Source: Thermoanaerobaculia bacterium (GTDB lineage Bacteria > Acidobacteriota > Thermoanaerobaculia > Multivoradales > UBA5704). From it: DNA of 37,673 nt. The notes beneath the pieces are model-generated. The model ran no database searches, had not been told where the DNA came from, and worked only from the letters and a program-made list of their open reading frames with translations. Both the position numbers and the translations under genes were made by a program. Positions within the stretch are counted from its first letter, which is position 1; each line of letters starts with the position of its first letter. The stretch is taken from the NCBI GenBank assembly GCA_044226625.1, contig JBGAGQ010000064.1, positions 1 through 37,673 on the forward strand, in the 5' to 3' direction. This document shows, in pieces, positions 20,756 to 31,419 of the stretch.

Positions 20756-21508
20756 TTAGCCCGGGCTCGCGCCCAAAACCCGGTAGCCGGTTGGGGTCAC
20801 CGCGACCGAGAACTCGAAATGAGCCGACAGCGACCCATCTTCGGTCCGCGCGGTCCAACCGTCCGCGTCCATTCTGACGCCGGCGCTGCCGGCGTTGATC
20901 ATCGGCTCGATCGCGAGCACCATGCCCGGCTTGAGCTTCGGCCCTTTGCCCGGCTTGCCGTAGTTCGGCACCTGCGGATCCTCGTGGAGCGAGGTCCCGA
21001 TGCCGTGCCCCGAGAACTCGCGCACCACGGAGTAGCCGTGGCGCTCCGCGTGCGCCTGTACCGCGTGGCCGATGTCCGACAGCCGCCCGCCGGGCCGCAC
21101 CTGCTCGATGCCGAGCAAAAGCGATTTCTTGGTCACCTCGAGCAGGCGTTCCGCCTCGACCGACACCGCGCCCACCGCAAAGGTACGGGCCGCGTCGCCG
21201 AAGTACCCCTTGTACTGGACGCCGCAGTCGATGCCCACGATGTCCCCTTCGACCAGCGGCTGCTGGTTCGGGATGCCGTGCACGATCACGTCGTTCTTGG
21301 CGATGCAGAGCGTCGCCGGATAGCCGCGATAGTGCAGGAACGCCGGAACCCCGCCGCGCGAGCGGATGTACTGCTCGGCGAAGCGGTCGAGGTCGGCGGT
21401 CATCGCACCCGGCACCACCCGCTCGGCGAGCTGGTCGAGCACGTCGTGCACGATCCGGTTCGCCTGGTCCATCAGCTCGATCTCGCCCGGCGTCTTGAGG
21501 ACGGTCAT
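20756..21508 (-). CDS. map: Methionine aminopeptidase type I
   Basis: HGIP, D.G..YKGYFGD, GHGIG..LHEDP, AIEPMIN, SAHFE. Confidence 0.97.
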   Translation of the reverse strand: MTVLKTPGEIELMDQANRIVHDVLDQLAERVVPGAMTADLDRFAEQYIRSRGGVPAFLHYRGYPATLCIAKNDVIVHGIPNQQPLVEGDIVGIDCGVQYKGYFGDAARTFAVGAVSVEAERLLEVTKKSLLLGIEQVRPGGRLSDIGHAVQAHAERHGYSVVREFSGHGIGTSLHEDPQVPNYGKPGKGPKLKPGMVLAIEPMINAGSAGVRMDADGWTARTEDGSLSAHFEFSVAVTPTGYRVLGASPG

Positions 21509-22059
21509 GAGCCCGCCCCTTCGAGCGCGGCGACCATCTGCTCCGTGACCTCCGGAATCGACCGAAATCCGGCGATCCGACGGACCAGACCGCGCTCGCC
21601 GTAGTAGGCGACCAGCGGCTCGGTCGCTTCGCGATAGACCCGTTGCCGATCGCGCGCGACCTCCGGCGTGTCGTCCGCCCGGCCGCGCGCGACCATCCGG
21701 CGTACCAGCTCCTCCTCCGGAACCTCGACCAGCAGCACGTGATCGATGCCCCCTTCGCCCAAAATGCGCTCGAGCGCCTGGGCCTGGGGCAACGTTCGCG
21801 GATAGCCGTCGAGCAAGAATCCCCGCTCGGTATCGGGCAGGCGCAGTCGCTCGGTCACGACCTCGAGCATCGTCCCGTCGTCCACCAAGGCGCCGGCGTT
21901 CATGATGCCTTGCACCTTGCGGCCGAGCTCCGACCCCGCGGCGATCGCGCTCCGGAGCATGTCGCCGGTCGAGATCTGCGGCACTCCATATCGCTTGGAA
22001 AGAACCTCCCCCTGGGTTCCCTTGCCGGAACCCGGGGGGCCGAGCAGGATCACCCGCAC
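21505..22059 (-). CDS. adk: Adenylate kinase, short-LID type (start uncertain; alternative GTG at 22167)
   Basis: GPPGSGKGTQ, ISTGDMLR, FLLDGYPR, RGRADD; GTG at 22059 has GGAG upstream and gives the canonical N-terminus. Confidence 0.93.
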   Translation of the reverse strand: MRVILLGPPGSGKGTQGEVLSKRYGVPQISTGDMLRSAIAAGSELGRKVQGIMNAGALVDDGTMLEVVTERLRLPDTERGFLLDGYPRTLPQAQALERILGEGGIDHVLLVEVPEEELVRRMVARGRADDTPEVARDRQRVYREATEPLVAYYGERGLVRRIAGFRSIPEVTEQMVAALEGAGS

Positions 22060-22150
22060 ACGCGGGTGCTCCAAACGACCGGCAGCCGGCCCGTCGGAAA
22101 ACGTCGGGCGCGGCTGCGAATCGGCGGTCTCCGTCCGATCCAGGGGACGG

Positions 22151-23533
22151 TTACCCCCTTCGGCCACGAATCCTTCCTCGCTTCATGAACCCTTCGTAGT
22201 TGCGCATCACGAGCTGGCTTTCGATCTGCTGGACCGTGTCCATCGCGACGCCCACGACGATCAGCAACGAGGTACCGCCGAAGTAGAAGTTGATCCCCAT
22301 GCCGTTCGTGATCCAGTTGGGCAGAATCGAATCGAGCTTCGCGCCGAGGAACGGAATCTGCTGGACGTGGATGCCGGTGAGCAGGAACTCCGGCAGCACA
22401 GTCACGGCCGCGAGGTAGAGCGCTCCCACCAGGGTCAAACGGGTGAGGATCCGGTCGATGTACTCGGCGGTCCGCTTGCCCGGCCGAATGCCCGGGACGA
22501 AGCCGCCGTATTTCCGCATGTTTTCGGAAAGATCGGCCGGGTTGAAGATGATCGAGACGTAGAAGTACGCGAAGAACACGATCGTCACGATCTGGAGCAG
22601 GTAGTACAGCGGCGCGCCGTACGAGATGTAGCTCACCATCTTGCCGATCCACTCGTTTTTCACGAACTGGGCGATCGTCGTCGGGATCATCACCACGGAG
22701 CTCGCGAAGATGACCGGGATGACGCCGCCGGTATTGACCCGCAGCGGCAGGTAGGTGCTCTGCCCGCCGTAGACCTTACGTCCGACCACGCGCTTGGCGT
22801 ACTGGACCGGTATCCTGCGTTGCGCCCGCTCCATGTAGACGATGAAGCCGACGACCACCAGCATGAACCCCATCAGGATGATCATCCCGAGTGCCGACAG
22901 GGTCTCGTTCCGGATGCCGTTGATCGAATTGCCCACCGCGGGGACCAGCCCCACCACGATGCCGGCGAAGATGATCAGCGAGATGCCGTTGCCTATGCCT
23001 CGTTCGCTGATCTGCTCGCCGAGCCACATGATGAACGCCGTGCCGGTGGTCAGGGTGAGGACCGTGAAGAGCCGGAAGCCCCAACCCGGATGCGGCACCA
23101 CGGGCGCCTGGCCCGAGGTCGTCTGCGCCTGGAGCCAGGTCGAGATGCCGAGCGACTGGATCACCGAGATCACCACCGCGCCGTAGCGGGTGTACTGGGT
23201 GATCTTCCGCCGACCGAGCTCCCCTTCCTTGGAGAGCTTCTCGAGGTAGGGCCAGACCACGGTCAGCAGCTGCAGGATGATCGACGCCGTGATGTAGGGC
23301 ATGATGCCCAGCGCGAAGACCGTGAATTTTCCCAGGCTGCCGCCGGTGAAGGTGTTGAAGAAGCCGAGGAAGCTGTTTTGCAGCTGGCCCATCAGCTCGA
23401 TCAACGCCTTCGGGTCCACCCCGGGCGTCGGGATGTGACAGCCGATCCGATAGACCGCCAGCAGTCCGAACGTAAACAGGACGCGCTTGCGGAGCTCCGG
23501 TATGGCGAAAATGTTACGGAAACTATCGATCAC
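22151..23533 (-). CDS. secY: Preprotein translocase SecY
   Basis: FALGIMPYITASII, WLGEQI...GIGNGISLIIF, IPVQY, GVIPVIFA, GGTSLLIVVGV. Confidence 0.99.
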   Translation of the reverse strand: MIDSFRNIFAIPELRKRVLFTFGLLAVYRIGCHIPTPGVDPKALIELMGQLQNSFLGFFNTFTGGSLGKFTVFALGIMPYITASIILQLLTVVWPYLEKLSKEGELGRRKITQYTRYGAVVISVIQSLGISTWLQAQTTSGQAPVVPHPGWGFRLFTVLTLTTGTAFIMWLGEQISERGIGNGISLIIFAGIVVGLVPAVGNSINGIRNETLSALGMIILMGFMLVVVGFIVYMERAQRRIPVQYAKRVVGRKVYGGQSTYLPLRVNTGGVIPVIFASSVVMIPTTIAQFVKNEWIGKMVSYISYGAPLYYLLQIVTIVFFAYFYVSIIFNPADLSENMRKYGGFVPGIRPGKRTAEYIDRILTRLTLVGALYLAAVTVLPEFLLTGIHVQQIPFLGAKLDSILPNWITNGMGINFYFGGTSLLIVVGVAMDTVQQIESQLVMRNYEGFMKRGRIRGRRG

Positions 23534-23976
23534 CGCAGTTCCTCGCAGCTCCCGCCCGCCGCCTCGATCTTGGCCCGGGCCGACTTGCTGAACTTGTGAG
23601 CCGTCACCTTGAGCGCTTTGCCGATCTCGCCGTCACCGAGGACTTTGACTTTCTCGCCCTTGCGCACCAGGCCGTGGTCAACCAGCGACTCCGGGGTCAC
23701 GGTCGTTTCCGAGGCCTCGGCCAGCTCGGCGAGAGCCGCCAAGTTCACGATGTCGTATTCCGTCTTCCAGATGTTGGTGAAACCGCGCTTCGGCACGCGC
23801 CGGACGAGAGGCATCTGACCGCCCTCGAATCCGAGCCGGCCGCTGTAACCGGTGCGCGACCGCTGACCCTTTTCACCCTTGCCGGAGGTCTTGCCGATTC
23901 CGGAGCCCGGACCGCGACCGACCCGCTTTTTCGAGTGCTTGCTCCCCTTCGCCGGGGACATCGCGTGCAGCTTCAT
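23530..23976 (-). CDS. rplO: 50S ribosomal protein L15
   Basis: RVGRGPGSG.GKTSG, FEGGQMPL.RRVPKRGF, KIEAAGG. Confidence 0.98.
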   Translation of the reverse strand: MKLHAMSPAKGSKHSKKRVGRGPGSGIGKTSGKGEKGQRSRTGYSGRLGFEGGQMPLVRRVPKRGFTNIWKTEYDIVNLAALAELAEASETTVTPESLVDHGLVRKGEKVKVLGDGEIGKALKVTAHKFSKSARAKIEAAGGSCEELR

Positions 23977-23978
23977 GG

Positions 23979-24224
23979 CTAGACCTCTTCCACCTCAAGC
24001 AAATAGCCGACCTTCGCGAGCACGCCGCGCAACGCGGGCGAGTCCTGCCGTTCGACTACGTCGTGCAAGCGCCGAAGTCCCAGCCCGCGGACGGACTCCT
24101 CGTGCCCCGGCTTCGTGCTGATCGTGCTGCGGATCTGACGGATCCGCAGCCGCTTCGTCTGGGCGACCGGCTCTTTCGCCTTCGCCGTCGATTTCTTTGC
24201 TCCGCTCTGCGCCTCAGCAGCCAT
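23979..24224 (-). CDS. rpmD: 50S ribosomal protein L30 with N-terminal extension
   Basis: LRIRQIRS.I, GLGLRRL, SPALRG; position between rpsE and rplO. Confidence 0.92.
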   Translation of the reverse strand: MAAEAQSGAKKSTAKAKEPVAQTKRLRIRQIRSTISTKPGHEESVRGLGLRRLHDVVERQDSPALRGVLAKVGYLLEVEEV

Positions 24225-24234
24225 CGCGCGCCCC

Positions 24235-24762
24235 CTAGCCCCGCGCCGACCGGGCCGAGGAATCCGCCTGCGGAGCCTCGATGCCGCGTAGCCGGAAGAC
24301 CTCTTCGGGCTGCCGCAGGCTGAGCAACGCGTGGAACGTGGCCTTCACCACGTTGTGCGGATTGGTCGTGCCCAACGACTTGGTCAAGATGTCTTGAATG
24401 CCCGCGGTCTCGATGACCGCCCGCACCGGCCCGCCGGCGATGACGCCCGTGCCTTCCGATGCCGGCTTGAGCAGCACCCGGCCCGCGCCGTAGACGCCCA
24501 GCGCCTCGTGCGGGATGGTGGTCCCGCGCGTCGGCACCTGGATCATATTACGCTTCGCGATCTCGATCCCCTTTCGGATCGCGACCGGAACCTCTTTCGC
24601 TTTGCCCGCACCGTACCCGACGCGACCCTTGCCGTCGCCGATCACCACGAGGGCGGAGAACGAGAAGTTCTTGCCTCCCTTGACGACCTTGGTCACCCGG
24701 TTGATGTGGACGACCTGCTCGAAAAACTCGCTTTCGCGCTCGAACTCACGTTCCCTGGCCAC
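24235..24762 (-). CDS. rpsE: 30S ribosomal protein S5
   Basis: [30 protein letters not shown]. Confidence 0.98.
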   Translation of the reverse strand: MAREREFERESEFFEQVVHINRVTKVVKGGKNFSFSALVVIGDGKGRVGYGAGKAKEVPVAIRKGIEIAKRNMIQVPTRGTTIPHEALGVYGAGRVLLKPASEGTGVIAGGPVRAVIETAGIQDILTKSLGTTNPHNVVKATFHALLSLRQPEEVFRLRGIEAPQADSSARSARG

Positions 24763-24777
24763 AGCTCGCCTCCGACC

Positions 24778-25164
24778 TCAGAATTGAAGCCCGTTCTCGC
24801 GGGCCGAGTCGGCCAGCGCCTTGACCTTGCCGTGGTAGACGTAGCCGCCACGATCGAAGACCACCTTGTCCACGCCGTTCGCTTTCGCGCGTTCCGCGAG
24901 AGCCGCTCCGACCACCTTCGCCGCGGCCACCCCGGCGGTCCCGCCGGAGAGCTTCGACCGCAAATCGGCGTCCATGGAGTTCGCCTGCGCGAGCGTCACG
25001 CCCCGATCGTCGTCGATCACCTGCGCGTAGATGAAACGCAGGCTCTTGTAGACGGAGAGGCGCGGCCGGGCCGCGGTGCCGCGCACGCGCTGGCGGACCC
25101 TGAGGTGAGCCCGCTCGCGGCGCGCTCGCTTCTTCAACAGCTGCTTCGTCAGATGCTCGGTCAT
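24778..25164 (-). CDS. rplR: 50S ribosomal protein L18
   Basis: [27 protein letters not shown]. Confidence 0.97.
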   Translation of the reverse strand: MTEHLTKQLLKKRARRERAHLRVRQRVRGTAARPRLSVYKSLRFIYAQVIDDDRGVTLAQANSMDADLRSKLSGGTAGVAAAKVVGAALAERAKANGVDKVVFDRGGYVYHGKVKALADSARENGLQF

Positions 25165-25166
25165 CT

Positions 25167-25709
25167 CTACTTGCCCCCGGCCTTTCCGACCTTGCGCCGG
25201 ATGACCTCGTTGGCGAATTTGACGCCCTTACCCTTATAGGGATCGGGCTTCTTGAGCGCGCGGATTTCGGCGGCGACCTGACCGACCTTCTGGCGGTCCG
25301 CGCCGGAGACCGAGAGCTTGCCCGCCTTGGCGTCGAGGTCGATCTTGATACCTTCCGGGATGTCGAAGATCACCGGATGGGAGTAACCGAGCGCGAACTG
25401 CACCTGATTCCCCTTGAGCTCGGCGCGGTAGCCGACGCCGATGATCTCGAGATTCTTGACGAACCCGGCCGAGACGCCCTCGACGGCGTTGGCGAGCAGC
25501 GCGCGCAGCAGGCCATGCTTGGCCCGCTCGGGACCCGACTCGCCGGGCCGCGCGATCGACACGCCCCCGTCGTCCATCGTCACCGGATAGCCCGGAAAGA
25601 GGGCCTGGCTCACCTTGCCCTTGGGGCCTTCGGCCGTGAAGACTCCGTCGTGGACCTTGACCTGCGTCCCCTTCGGAATCGGAATGATCTTTCTACCAAT
25701 GCGCGACAT
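25167..25709 (-). CDS. rplF: 50S ribosomal protein L6
   Basis: [25 protein letters not shown]. Confidence 0.98.
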   Translation of the reverse strand: MSRIGRKIIPIPKGTQVKVHDGVFTAEGPKGKVSQALFPGYPVTMDDGGVSIARPGESGPERAKHGLLRALLANAVEGVSAGFVKNLEIIGVGYRAELKGNQVQFALGYSHPVIFDIPEGIKIDLDAKAGKLSVSGADRQKVGQVAAEIRALKKPDPYKGKGVKFANEVIRRKVGKAGGK

Positions 25710-25736
25710 CGGTGGCTCTCCTCGAGATCGAGCTCC

Positions 25737-26141
25737 CTACCAGAGACGGCAGAGCAGCTCGCCCCCCACGCGGCGCTCGCGCGCCTGTTTGTCGGACAGC
25801 AACCCCTGCGAGGTCGAGACGATCGCCATCCCGAGGCCGTTGCGGACCTCCGTGATCTCGTCGGCTCCCTTGTAGAGCCGCCGTCCCGGCTTGCTCAGAC
25901 GCTCGACGTAGTTGATCGCCGGCTGGCCGTCCGCGCTATACCGAAGGTAGATGCGGAGCGTATCGTTCAGGGCGCCCTCCTCGCGATGGCGCTTGACGCT
26001 GCGGATGAAGCCCTCGTTCTCGAGGATCTTGCAGAGCTCCTCTTTCAGGCGCGACGCCGGCACGTCCAGCCGGTCGTGCTTGGCCAGGTGCGCGTTTCGA
26101 ACCCGCGCCAGGAGATCCGAGATCGGATCGGTCATGCTCAT
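25737..26141 (-). CDS. rpsH: 30S ribosomal protein S8
   Basis: MTDPISDLL.RVRNA, SKPGRR.Y, STSQG, GGE. Confidence 0.98.
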   Translation of the reverse strand: MSMTDPISDLLARVRNAHLAKHDRLDVPASRLKEELCKILENEGFIRSVKRHREEGALNDTLRIYLRYSADGQPAINYVERLSKPGRRLYKGADEITEVRNGLGMAIVSTSQGLLSDKQARERRVGGELLCRLW

Positions 26142-26168
26142 GATGCTCTCCTTGGATCCAAGCGGGGC

Positions 26169-26354
26169 CTACCAGCTGGCCTTGATGACGCCGGGCAGAT
26201 AGCCCTGGAGCGCCAGATTCCGGAGGTGAACGCGGCAAAGCCCGAACTTGCGGTAAACCCCGCGCGGGCGGCCGCATACTCTACACCGGTTCCGGTGGCG
26301 AACCGAGAACTTGGGCTTCTTCGTCGTCTTTGCGATTTTCGCAGTCGTCGCCAC
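26169..26354 (-). CDS. rpsN: 30S ribosomal protein S14, short (type Z) form
   Basis: 61 aa; [23 protein letters not shown]. Confidence 0.96.
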   Translation of the reverse strand: MATTAKIAKTTKKPKFSVRHRNRCRVCGRPRGVYRKFGLCRVHLRNLALQGYLPGVIKASW

Positions 26355-26364
26355 GGAAGGTCTC

Positions 26365-26976
26365 CTAGCGAGGGAACGGCATACCGAGCTCGCGCAGCAG
26401 GAAGAGCGCGCGTTCGTCGTTGCCGGCCGTCGTCGTGATCGTGATGTTCATTCCCTTGGGCCTCTCGACTTTGTTGTAGTCGACCTCGGGGAAGATCAGA
26501 TGGTCCTTGATGCCGAGCGTGTAGTTGCCACGGCCGTCGAAGCTCTTGCTCGGGATGCCGCGGAAGTCGCGAACCCGGGGCAGGGCGATCGAGATCAGGC
26601 GATCGAGGAACTCCCACATCCGCTCGCCGCGGAGGGTGACTCGGCAGCCGATCGGCATCCCCTCGCGCAACTTGAAGGCCGCGATCGACTTGCGCGCGCG
26701 GGTGACGACCGGACGCTGGCCGGCGAGCGCCTGCAGCTCCTCGACCGCCTCGTCGAGGATCTTGATGTTCTGGATCGCCTCGCCCATGCCCATGTTGAGC
26801 GAGATCTTCTCGAGGCGGGGAACCGCCATCGGGTTCTGGATCCCGAACTCCTTCATCAGGCGCGACACGATCTCGCCGTCGTATTGCTGCTTGAGCCGAG
26901 GGACGTACCCCTCGCGCCGCTCGGTCGCTCCGAGTGTCGACAGCCCGCGGTCTTCCGTCGTCTTCTTCTTCGCCAT
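26365..26976 (-). CDS. rplE: 50S ribosomal protein L5
   Basis: [32 protein letters not shown]. Confidence 0.98.
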   Translation of the reverse strand: MAKKKTTEDRGLSTLGATERREGYVPRLKQQYDGEIVSRLMKEFGIQNPMAVPRLEKISLNMGMGEAIQNIKILDEAVEELQALAGQRPVVTRARKSIAAFKLREGMPIGCRVTLRGERMWEFLDRLISIALPRVRDFRGIPSKSFDGRGNYTLGIKDHLIFPEVDYNKVERPKGMNITITTTAGNDERALFLLRELGMPFPR

Positions 26977-27031
26977 GGTCAGCCTTTCGCCAAATCCGAT
27001 CTACTTGCCCGCGGCAATCCCGGCCGCGTCC

Positions 27032-27370
27032 CTAGAACTTCGCGTTGCACTTCTTGCAGACGCGCACGCCCTTGCCGTCTTCGAGACGGGCGCGGCCGAC
27101 CCGGGTCGGCTCGCCGCACTCGGGGCAGATCACCTTGACGTTCGACAGGTGGATCGTCCCTTCGCGCTCGAGGATGCCGCCCTGCACGCCGCGCTGCGGG
27201 TTCTGCCGCGTGTGGCGCTTGATCATGTTCACGTGCTCGACGACCGCCCGGCCCTCGCCCGGCATCACCCGGAGCACACGGCTCTTCGTGCCGCGATTCT
27301 TGCCGGCGGTCACGATCACCTGATCGTTCTTTTTCACCTGCGCTTTACGAACCTTGACCGTCTCGCTCAT
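27032..27370 (-). CDS. rplX: 50S ribosomal protein L24
   Basis: Start reassigned to ATG at 27370 (AGGAGG RBS); KOW-like KKND.V.V.AGK, IH.SNV, CPEC..CKKC. Confidence 0.95.
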   Translation of the reverse strand: MSETVKVRKAQVKKNDQVIVTAGKNRGTKSRVLRVMPGEGRAVVEHVNMIKRHTRQNPQRGVQGGILEREGTIHLSNVKVICPECGEPTRVGRARLEDGKGVRVCKKCNAKF

Positions 27371-27397
27371 CGTCTTCGAGCCTCCTGCCACGACTTC

Positions 27398-27766
27398 CTA
27401 GATGACCTCCGGAGCGAGCGAGACGATCTTCATGAAGCGACGCTCCCGAAGCTCTCTCGCCACCGGTCCGAAGACGCGCGTGCCGATCGGCTCGCCGTCG
27501 TCCTTGACCAACACCGCGGAGTTGGTGTCGAAGCGGATGTAGCTGCCGTCCTTCCGGCGCTGCTCTTTGGCGGTCCGCACGATCACCGCTTTGACCACTT
27601 GGCCCTTCTTGACCGTTCCATCGGGAGAGGCTTCCTTGACCGAAGCCGTGATCACGTCGCCGAGGCGACCGTACTGGCCGGTCGAGCCACCCCGCAGGTG
27701 GATGCACGAAATCTTCTTGGCGCCGGAGTTGTCGGCCACGTCCAGGATCGAACCCATTTGAATCAT
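27398..27766 (-). CDS. rplN: 50S ribosomal protein L14
   Basis: [30 protein letters not shown]. Confidence 0.98.
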   Translation of the reverse strand: MIQMGSILDVADNSGAKKISCIHLRGGSTGQYGRLGDVITASVKEASPDGTVKKGQVVKAVIVRTAKEQRRKDGSYIRFDTNSAVLVKDDGEPIGTRVFGPVARELRERRFMKIVSLAPEVI

Positions 27767-27776
27767 GGCTTGCTCC

Positions 27777-28079
27777 TCACTTCGCCCGCTTCAGGATCTC
27801 GCGCACTCGCCAGCGCTTGGTCCGCGACAACGGGCGGCTGGAAACGATCTCCACCTGGTCGCCGATGTTGCACTGCAGCTCGTCGTGCGCCGCGAATTTG
27901 GTCGTCTTCTTCATGCGCCGGTGGTAGAGGCGGTCGTTGACCAGGATCTCCACCGCGACGATGACCGTCTGGGTCATCTTGTTGCTCACCACCGTGCCCA
28001 CCTTGACCTGGCGTCGGCTCTGCCGTTCGCCACCCGTCCCGGTCGGGCTATCCACAGCCTGCTCGCTCGTCTCGCTCAT
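27777..28079 (-). CDS. rpsQ: 30S ribosomal protein S17
   Basis: G.VVSNKM, AHDE, GD.V.I, RPLS.TKRW. Confidence 0.97.
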   Translation of the reverse strand: MSETSEQAVDSPTGTGGERQSRRQVKVGTVVSNKMTQTVIVAVEILVNDRLYHRRMKKTTKFAAHDELQCNIGDQVEIVSSRPLSRTKRWRVREILKRAK

Positions 28080-28120
28080 GGTTCGTTCGTTCCTTTATCC
28101 GTCGGCTCGCCGTCCGTGGC

Positions 28121-28345
28121 TCAGCCGCGCGCGGCGCCGGCTCCGGCGCGCTTCGCGGTGAGAACCGTCAACACTCGGGCGAGATCCCGGCGGACCTGCC
28201 GTACGCGGGCCGGCTTTTCGAGCTGCCCCGTCACCTTCTGCAGCCGGAGCGCGAAGAGCTGCTCGGCGAGATCCCTCTCTTTTTGCAGCAGCTCGTCGAC
28301 CGAGTTGTCGCGCAGATCCGCTGGCTTCAACGTGGACTTGGCCAT
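28121..28345 (-). CDS. rpmC: 50S ribosomal protein L29
   Basis: LF.LRLQ..TGQLE.P, VRRDLAR..T. Confidence 0.96.
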   Translation of the reverse strand: MAKSTLKPADLRDNSVDELLQKERDLAEQLFALRLQKVTGQLEKPARVRQVRRDLARVLTVLTAKRAGAGAARG

Positions 28346-28352
28346 GATCGAT

Positions 28353-28772
<420 letters not shown>

Positions 28773-28804
28773 GGTTCAAATCCCCTGACTCGCGCGGCAG
28801 GCAC

Positions 28805-29455
28805 TTAGGCCGCGGTCCGCCGGCTCTTTTCCTTGAGCAGATCGCCTTTGTAAACCCACACCTTGACGCCGATGATGCCGAAGGTGGTGTTCGACTCGGC
28901 GAGCCCGTAATCGATGTCCGCCTTGAGCGTGTGGAGCGGCAGACGCCCCTCCTGGTACCACTCGGTGCGGGCGATTTCGGCGCCGCCGAGACGCCCCGCG
29001 ACCATGATCTTCACGCCCTTGGCGCCGAAGCGAAACGCCGATTCCATCGCTTTCTTCATCGCGCGGCGGAACGAGACGCGCCGCTCGAGCTGGCCGCCGA
29101 TCGACTCCGCCACCAGCTGCGCGTCGAGCTCGGGGCGCTGGATCTCCTGGATGTTGATGTGGACCTCGCGTCCCATCTCCTTCTGGAGATCGTCGCGCAG
29201 CTTGTCCACCTCGGCGCCGCGGCGGCCGATGATGATGCCCGGACGCGACGTGTAGATCGTCACCCGAAGCTTGTCGGCCGCCCGCTCGATGTCGATTTCC
29301 GAGACGCCGGCGTGGCCGAGGCGCTTCTTCAACTGGCGCCGGAGCTTCAGATCCTGGTGCAGGGTGTCGGCGTAGCTGGCGTCCGCGTACCAGCGCGAGT
29401 GCCAGGTCTTGTTGTAGACGAGCCGAAACCCGTAAGGATGTGTCTTCTGACCCAC
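28805..29455 (-). CDS. rpsC: 30S ribosomal protein S3
   Basis: [38 protein letters not shown]. Confidence 0.98.
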   Translation of the reverse strand: MGQKTHPYGFRLVYNKTWHSRWYADASYADTLHQDLKLRRQLKKRLGHAGVSEIDIERAADKLRVTIYTSRPGIIIGRRGAEVDKLRDDLQKEMGREVHINIQEIQRPELDAQLVAESIGGQLERRVSFRRAMKKAMESAFRFGAKGVKIMVAGRLGGAEIARTEWYQEGRLPLHTLKADIDYGLAESNTTFGIIGVKVWVYKGDLLKEKSRRTAA

Positions 29456-29484
29456 CGTGTCTCTCCTCTTCGTCGGCCGGGCCG

Positions 29485-29838
29485 TTAGGCCTTGCCGTCC
29501 GCCTTCTTGGTGTCGAGCTTGATCGTGACGTGGCTCTGCCGCTTCAGGACGCGGAAGGCCCGTCCCATCGGGGCCGGCTGGATGCGCTTGAGCATCGGCC
29601 CGCCGTCGACGAAGATTTCCTTGACGTAGAGCTTGTCCACGTCGACATGGCTGTCGCGATTCTCGGCATTGGCGATCGCCGACTTGAGCAGCTTCTCGAT
29701 CGGCGCCGCCGCGCGCTTGTTGGTCGAGCGCAGCAGGTTCACCGCATCTTGCACCGCCCTGCCGCGAATTAGGTCCGCCACCAGGCGAACCTTCTGCGCC
29801 GAGCCCTGAAGAAAGCGAAGTCGAGCTGTTACTTCCAT
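29485..29838 (-). CDS. rplV: 50S ribosomal protein L22
   Basis: [28 protein letters not shown]. Confidence 0.97.
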   Translation of the reverse strand: MEVTARLRFLQGSAQKVRLVADLIRGRAVQDAVNLLRSTNKRAAAPIEKLLKSAIANAENRDSHVDVDKLYVKEIFVDGGPMLKRIQPAPMGRAFRVLKRQSHVTIKLDTKKADGKA

Positions 29839-29895
29839 GTTCTCATCCCCTGGACCGAAATGCGTTCCGGTAATTGGCGCCGTTTACGCGGCGCC

Positions 29896-30183
29896 TCACT
29901 TCGGCTTGGCGCCCTTCTCCACTTTCTTGCCGGTGTGCCCGCGGAACGTGCGGGTCATGGCGAACTCGCCCAGCTTGTGACCGACCATGTTCTCCGAGAC
30001 GTACACCGGAATGAACTTGGTTCCGTTGTGCACCGCGAACGTGTGACCCACCATCTCCGGGATGACCGTCGAGCGGCGCGACCAGGTCTTGATCACGCGC
30101 TTGTCGCCCTTGTCGTTCATCGCCGAGACTTTGGCGATCAGATGGTCGTCGATGAAATAACCCTTCTTGAGCGAACGAGACAT
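29896..30183 (-). CDS. rpsS: 30S ribosomal protein S19
   Basis: [26 protein letters not shown]. Confidence 0.98.
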   Translation of the reverse strand: MSRSLKKGYFIDDHLIAKVSAMNDKGDKRVIKTWSRRSTVIPEMVGHTFAVHNGTKFIPVYVSENMVGHKLGEFAMTRTFRGHTGKKVEKGAKPK

Positions 30184-30199
30184 GTCAACGGCCTCCGGA

Positions 30200-30256
30200 C
30201 GAAGTTCGAATGACGAATGACGAAGGACGAACGTCTAAGCTCGATTTCGACATTCG
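30200..30256. repeat. Heptamer tandem repeat (CGAAnnn x5) with inverted partial copies
   Basis: cgaagtt cgaatga cgaatga cgaagga cgaacgt, followed by the inverted tcgatttcgacattcg. Confidence 0.8.
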
Positions 30257-30260
30257 CGCC

Positions 30261-31088
30261 CTACTTCCGATTCCTGCGCCGCACGATCATTTCGTCCGTA
30301 CGCTTGTTGTTCCGCGTCTTGTAGCCCTTGGTGGGCACGCCCCACGGCGTGGTGGGGTGACGACCGCCGGAGGTCTTGCCCTCGCCGCCGCCCATCGGGT
30401 GGTCGACCGGGTTCATCGTGACGCCGCGGTTGTGCGGCCGACGACCGGTCCAGCGGGTGCGTCCGGCTTTACCGTACGAGACGTTCTCGTGCTCGAGGTT
30501 GCCGACCTGGCCGATCGTGGCGTAGCACTCGACGTGCACCTTGCGCACCTCGCCCGAGGGGAGCTTGACCTGCGCCCAGGCGCCGTCGCGCGCCATCAGC
30601 TGCGCTCCCGCTCCGGCGGCGCGGACCATCTGGCCGCCCTTGCCGATCTTGAGCTCGATGTTGTGGATCACCGTACCGAGCGGGATCAACCGCAGCGGCA
30701 GGGCGTTGCCCACGTTGACCTCGGCCTTCTCGCCCGACATCACCTGCGCGCCGACCGCGAGGCCGTTCGGGCAGAGGATGTAGCGCTTCTCGCCGTCCAC
30801 GTAATGCAGGAGCGCGATGCGCGCCGAGCGGTTGGGATCGTATTCGATCGCCGCAACCTCGCCCGGGACGCCGTGCTTCTCCCGCTTGAAGTCGATCGCA
30901 CGGTAGCGTCGTTTGTGACCGCCGCCGCGCCACCAGCTGGTGATTTCGCCGCTGTTGTTCCGGCCGCCCGAGGAGCTCTTGCCCCGGGTCAGGCTCTTTT
31001 CCGGCCGATCCCGAGTGATCTCGTCGAGCGTCAGGTGTGTCTGGAATCGGCTCGCCGAGTTGGTCGGCTTCCTTTGCTTGATCGCCAT
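30261..31088 (-). CDS. rplB: 50S ribosomal protein L2
   Basis: [26 protein letters not shown]. Confidence 0.99.
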   Translation of the reverse strand: MAIKQRKPTNSASRFQTHLTLDEITRDRPEKSLTRGKSSSGGRNNSGEITSWWRGGGHKRRYRAIDFKREKHGVPGEVAAIEYDPNRSARIALLHYVDGEKRYILCPNGLAVGAQVMSGEKAEVNVGNALPLRLIPLGTVIHNIELKIGKGGQMVRAAGAGAQLMARDGAWAQVKLPSGEVRKVHVECYATIGQVGNLEHENVSYGKAGRTRWTGRRPHNRGVTMNPVDHPMGGGEGKTSGGRHPTTPWGVPTKGYKTRNNKRTDEMIVRRRNRK

Positions 31089-31128
31089 CTTCCGTGATTC
31101 CTTCCCTGGGCGTCGTTAAAACGACGCC

Positions 31129-31419
31129 TCAAGCACCCTCGAAGAATTCGATCGGCTTCTCGCCGTCGGCCAGCCGCACGTAGGCCTTCTTCCAGTCCGG
31201 ACGCCGACCGACCGAACGGCCCTGGCGGCGAACCTTTCCGTGCTGATTTGCGATGCGAACCTCGGCCACCTTGACCTTGAACTGGGCTTCGATCGCCTTC
31301 TTCACCTGGATCTTGTTCGCGGTGACCGCGACCTCGAAGGCGACGATGCCACGCTCTTCGCGGAGCTCGGTCGACTTCTCGGTGATGAGGGGACGACGTA
31401 CGACATCCTGGAGTCTCAT
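31129..31419 (-). CDS. rplW: 50S ribosomal protein L23
   Basis: Start reassigned to ATG at 31419 (ATGA overlap with rplD stop); PLITEKS, ANK.QVK.A, WKKAYVRL. Confidence 0.96.
   Translation of the reverse strand: MRLQDVVRRPLITEKSTELREERGIVAFEVAVTANKIQVKKAIEAQFKVKVAEVRIANQHGKVRRQGRSVGRRPDWKKAYVRLADGEKPIEFFEGA

Noticed and set aside
28081-28092. (GTTC)3 microsatellite before rpsQ
   Set aside because: Too short to distinguish from chance; it overlaps the RBS spacer.
30200-30256. Possible CRISPR or tRNA (GTTCGA present)
   Set aside because: Units are 7 nt with no spacers, no cas genes nearby, and no cloverleaf can be built.
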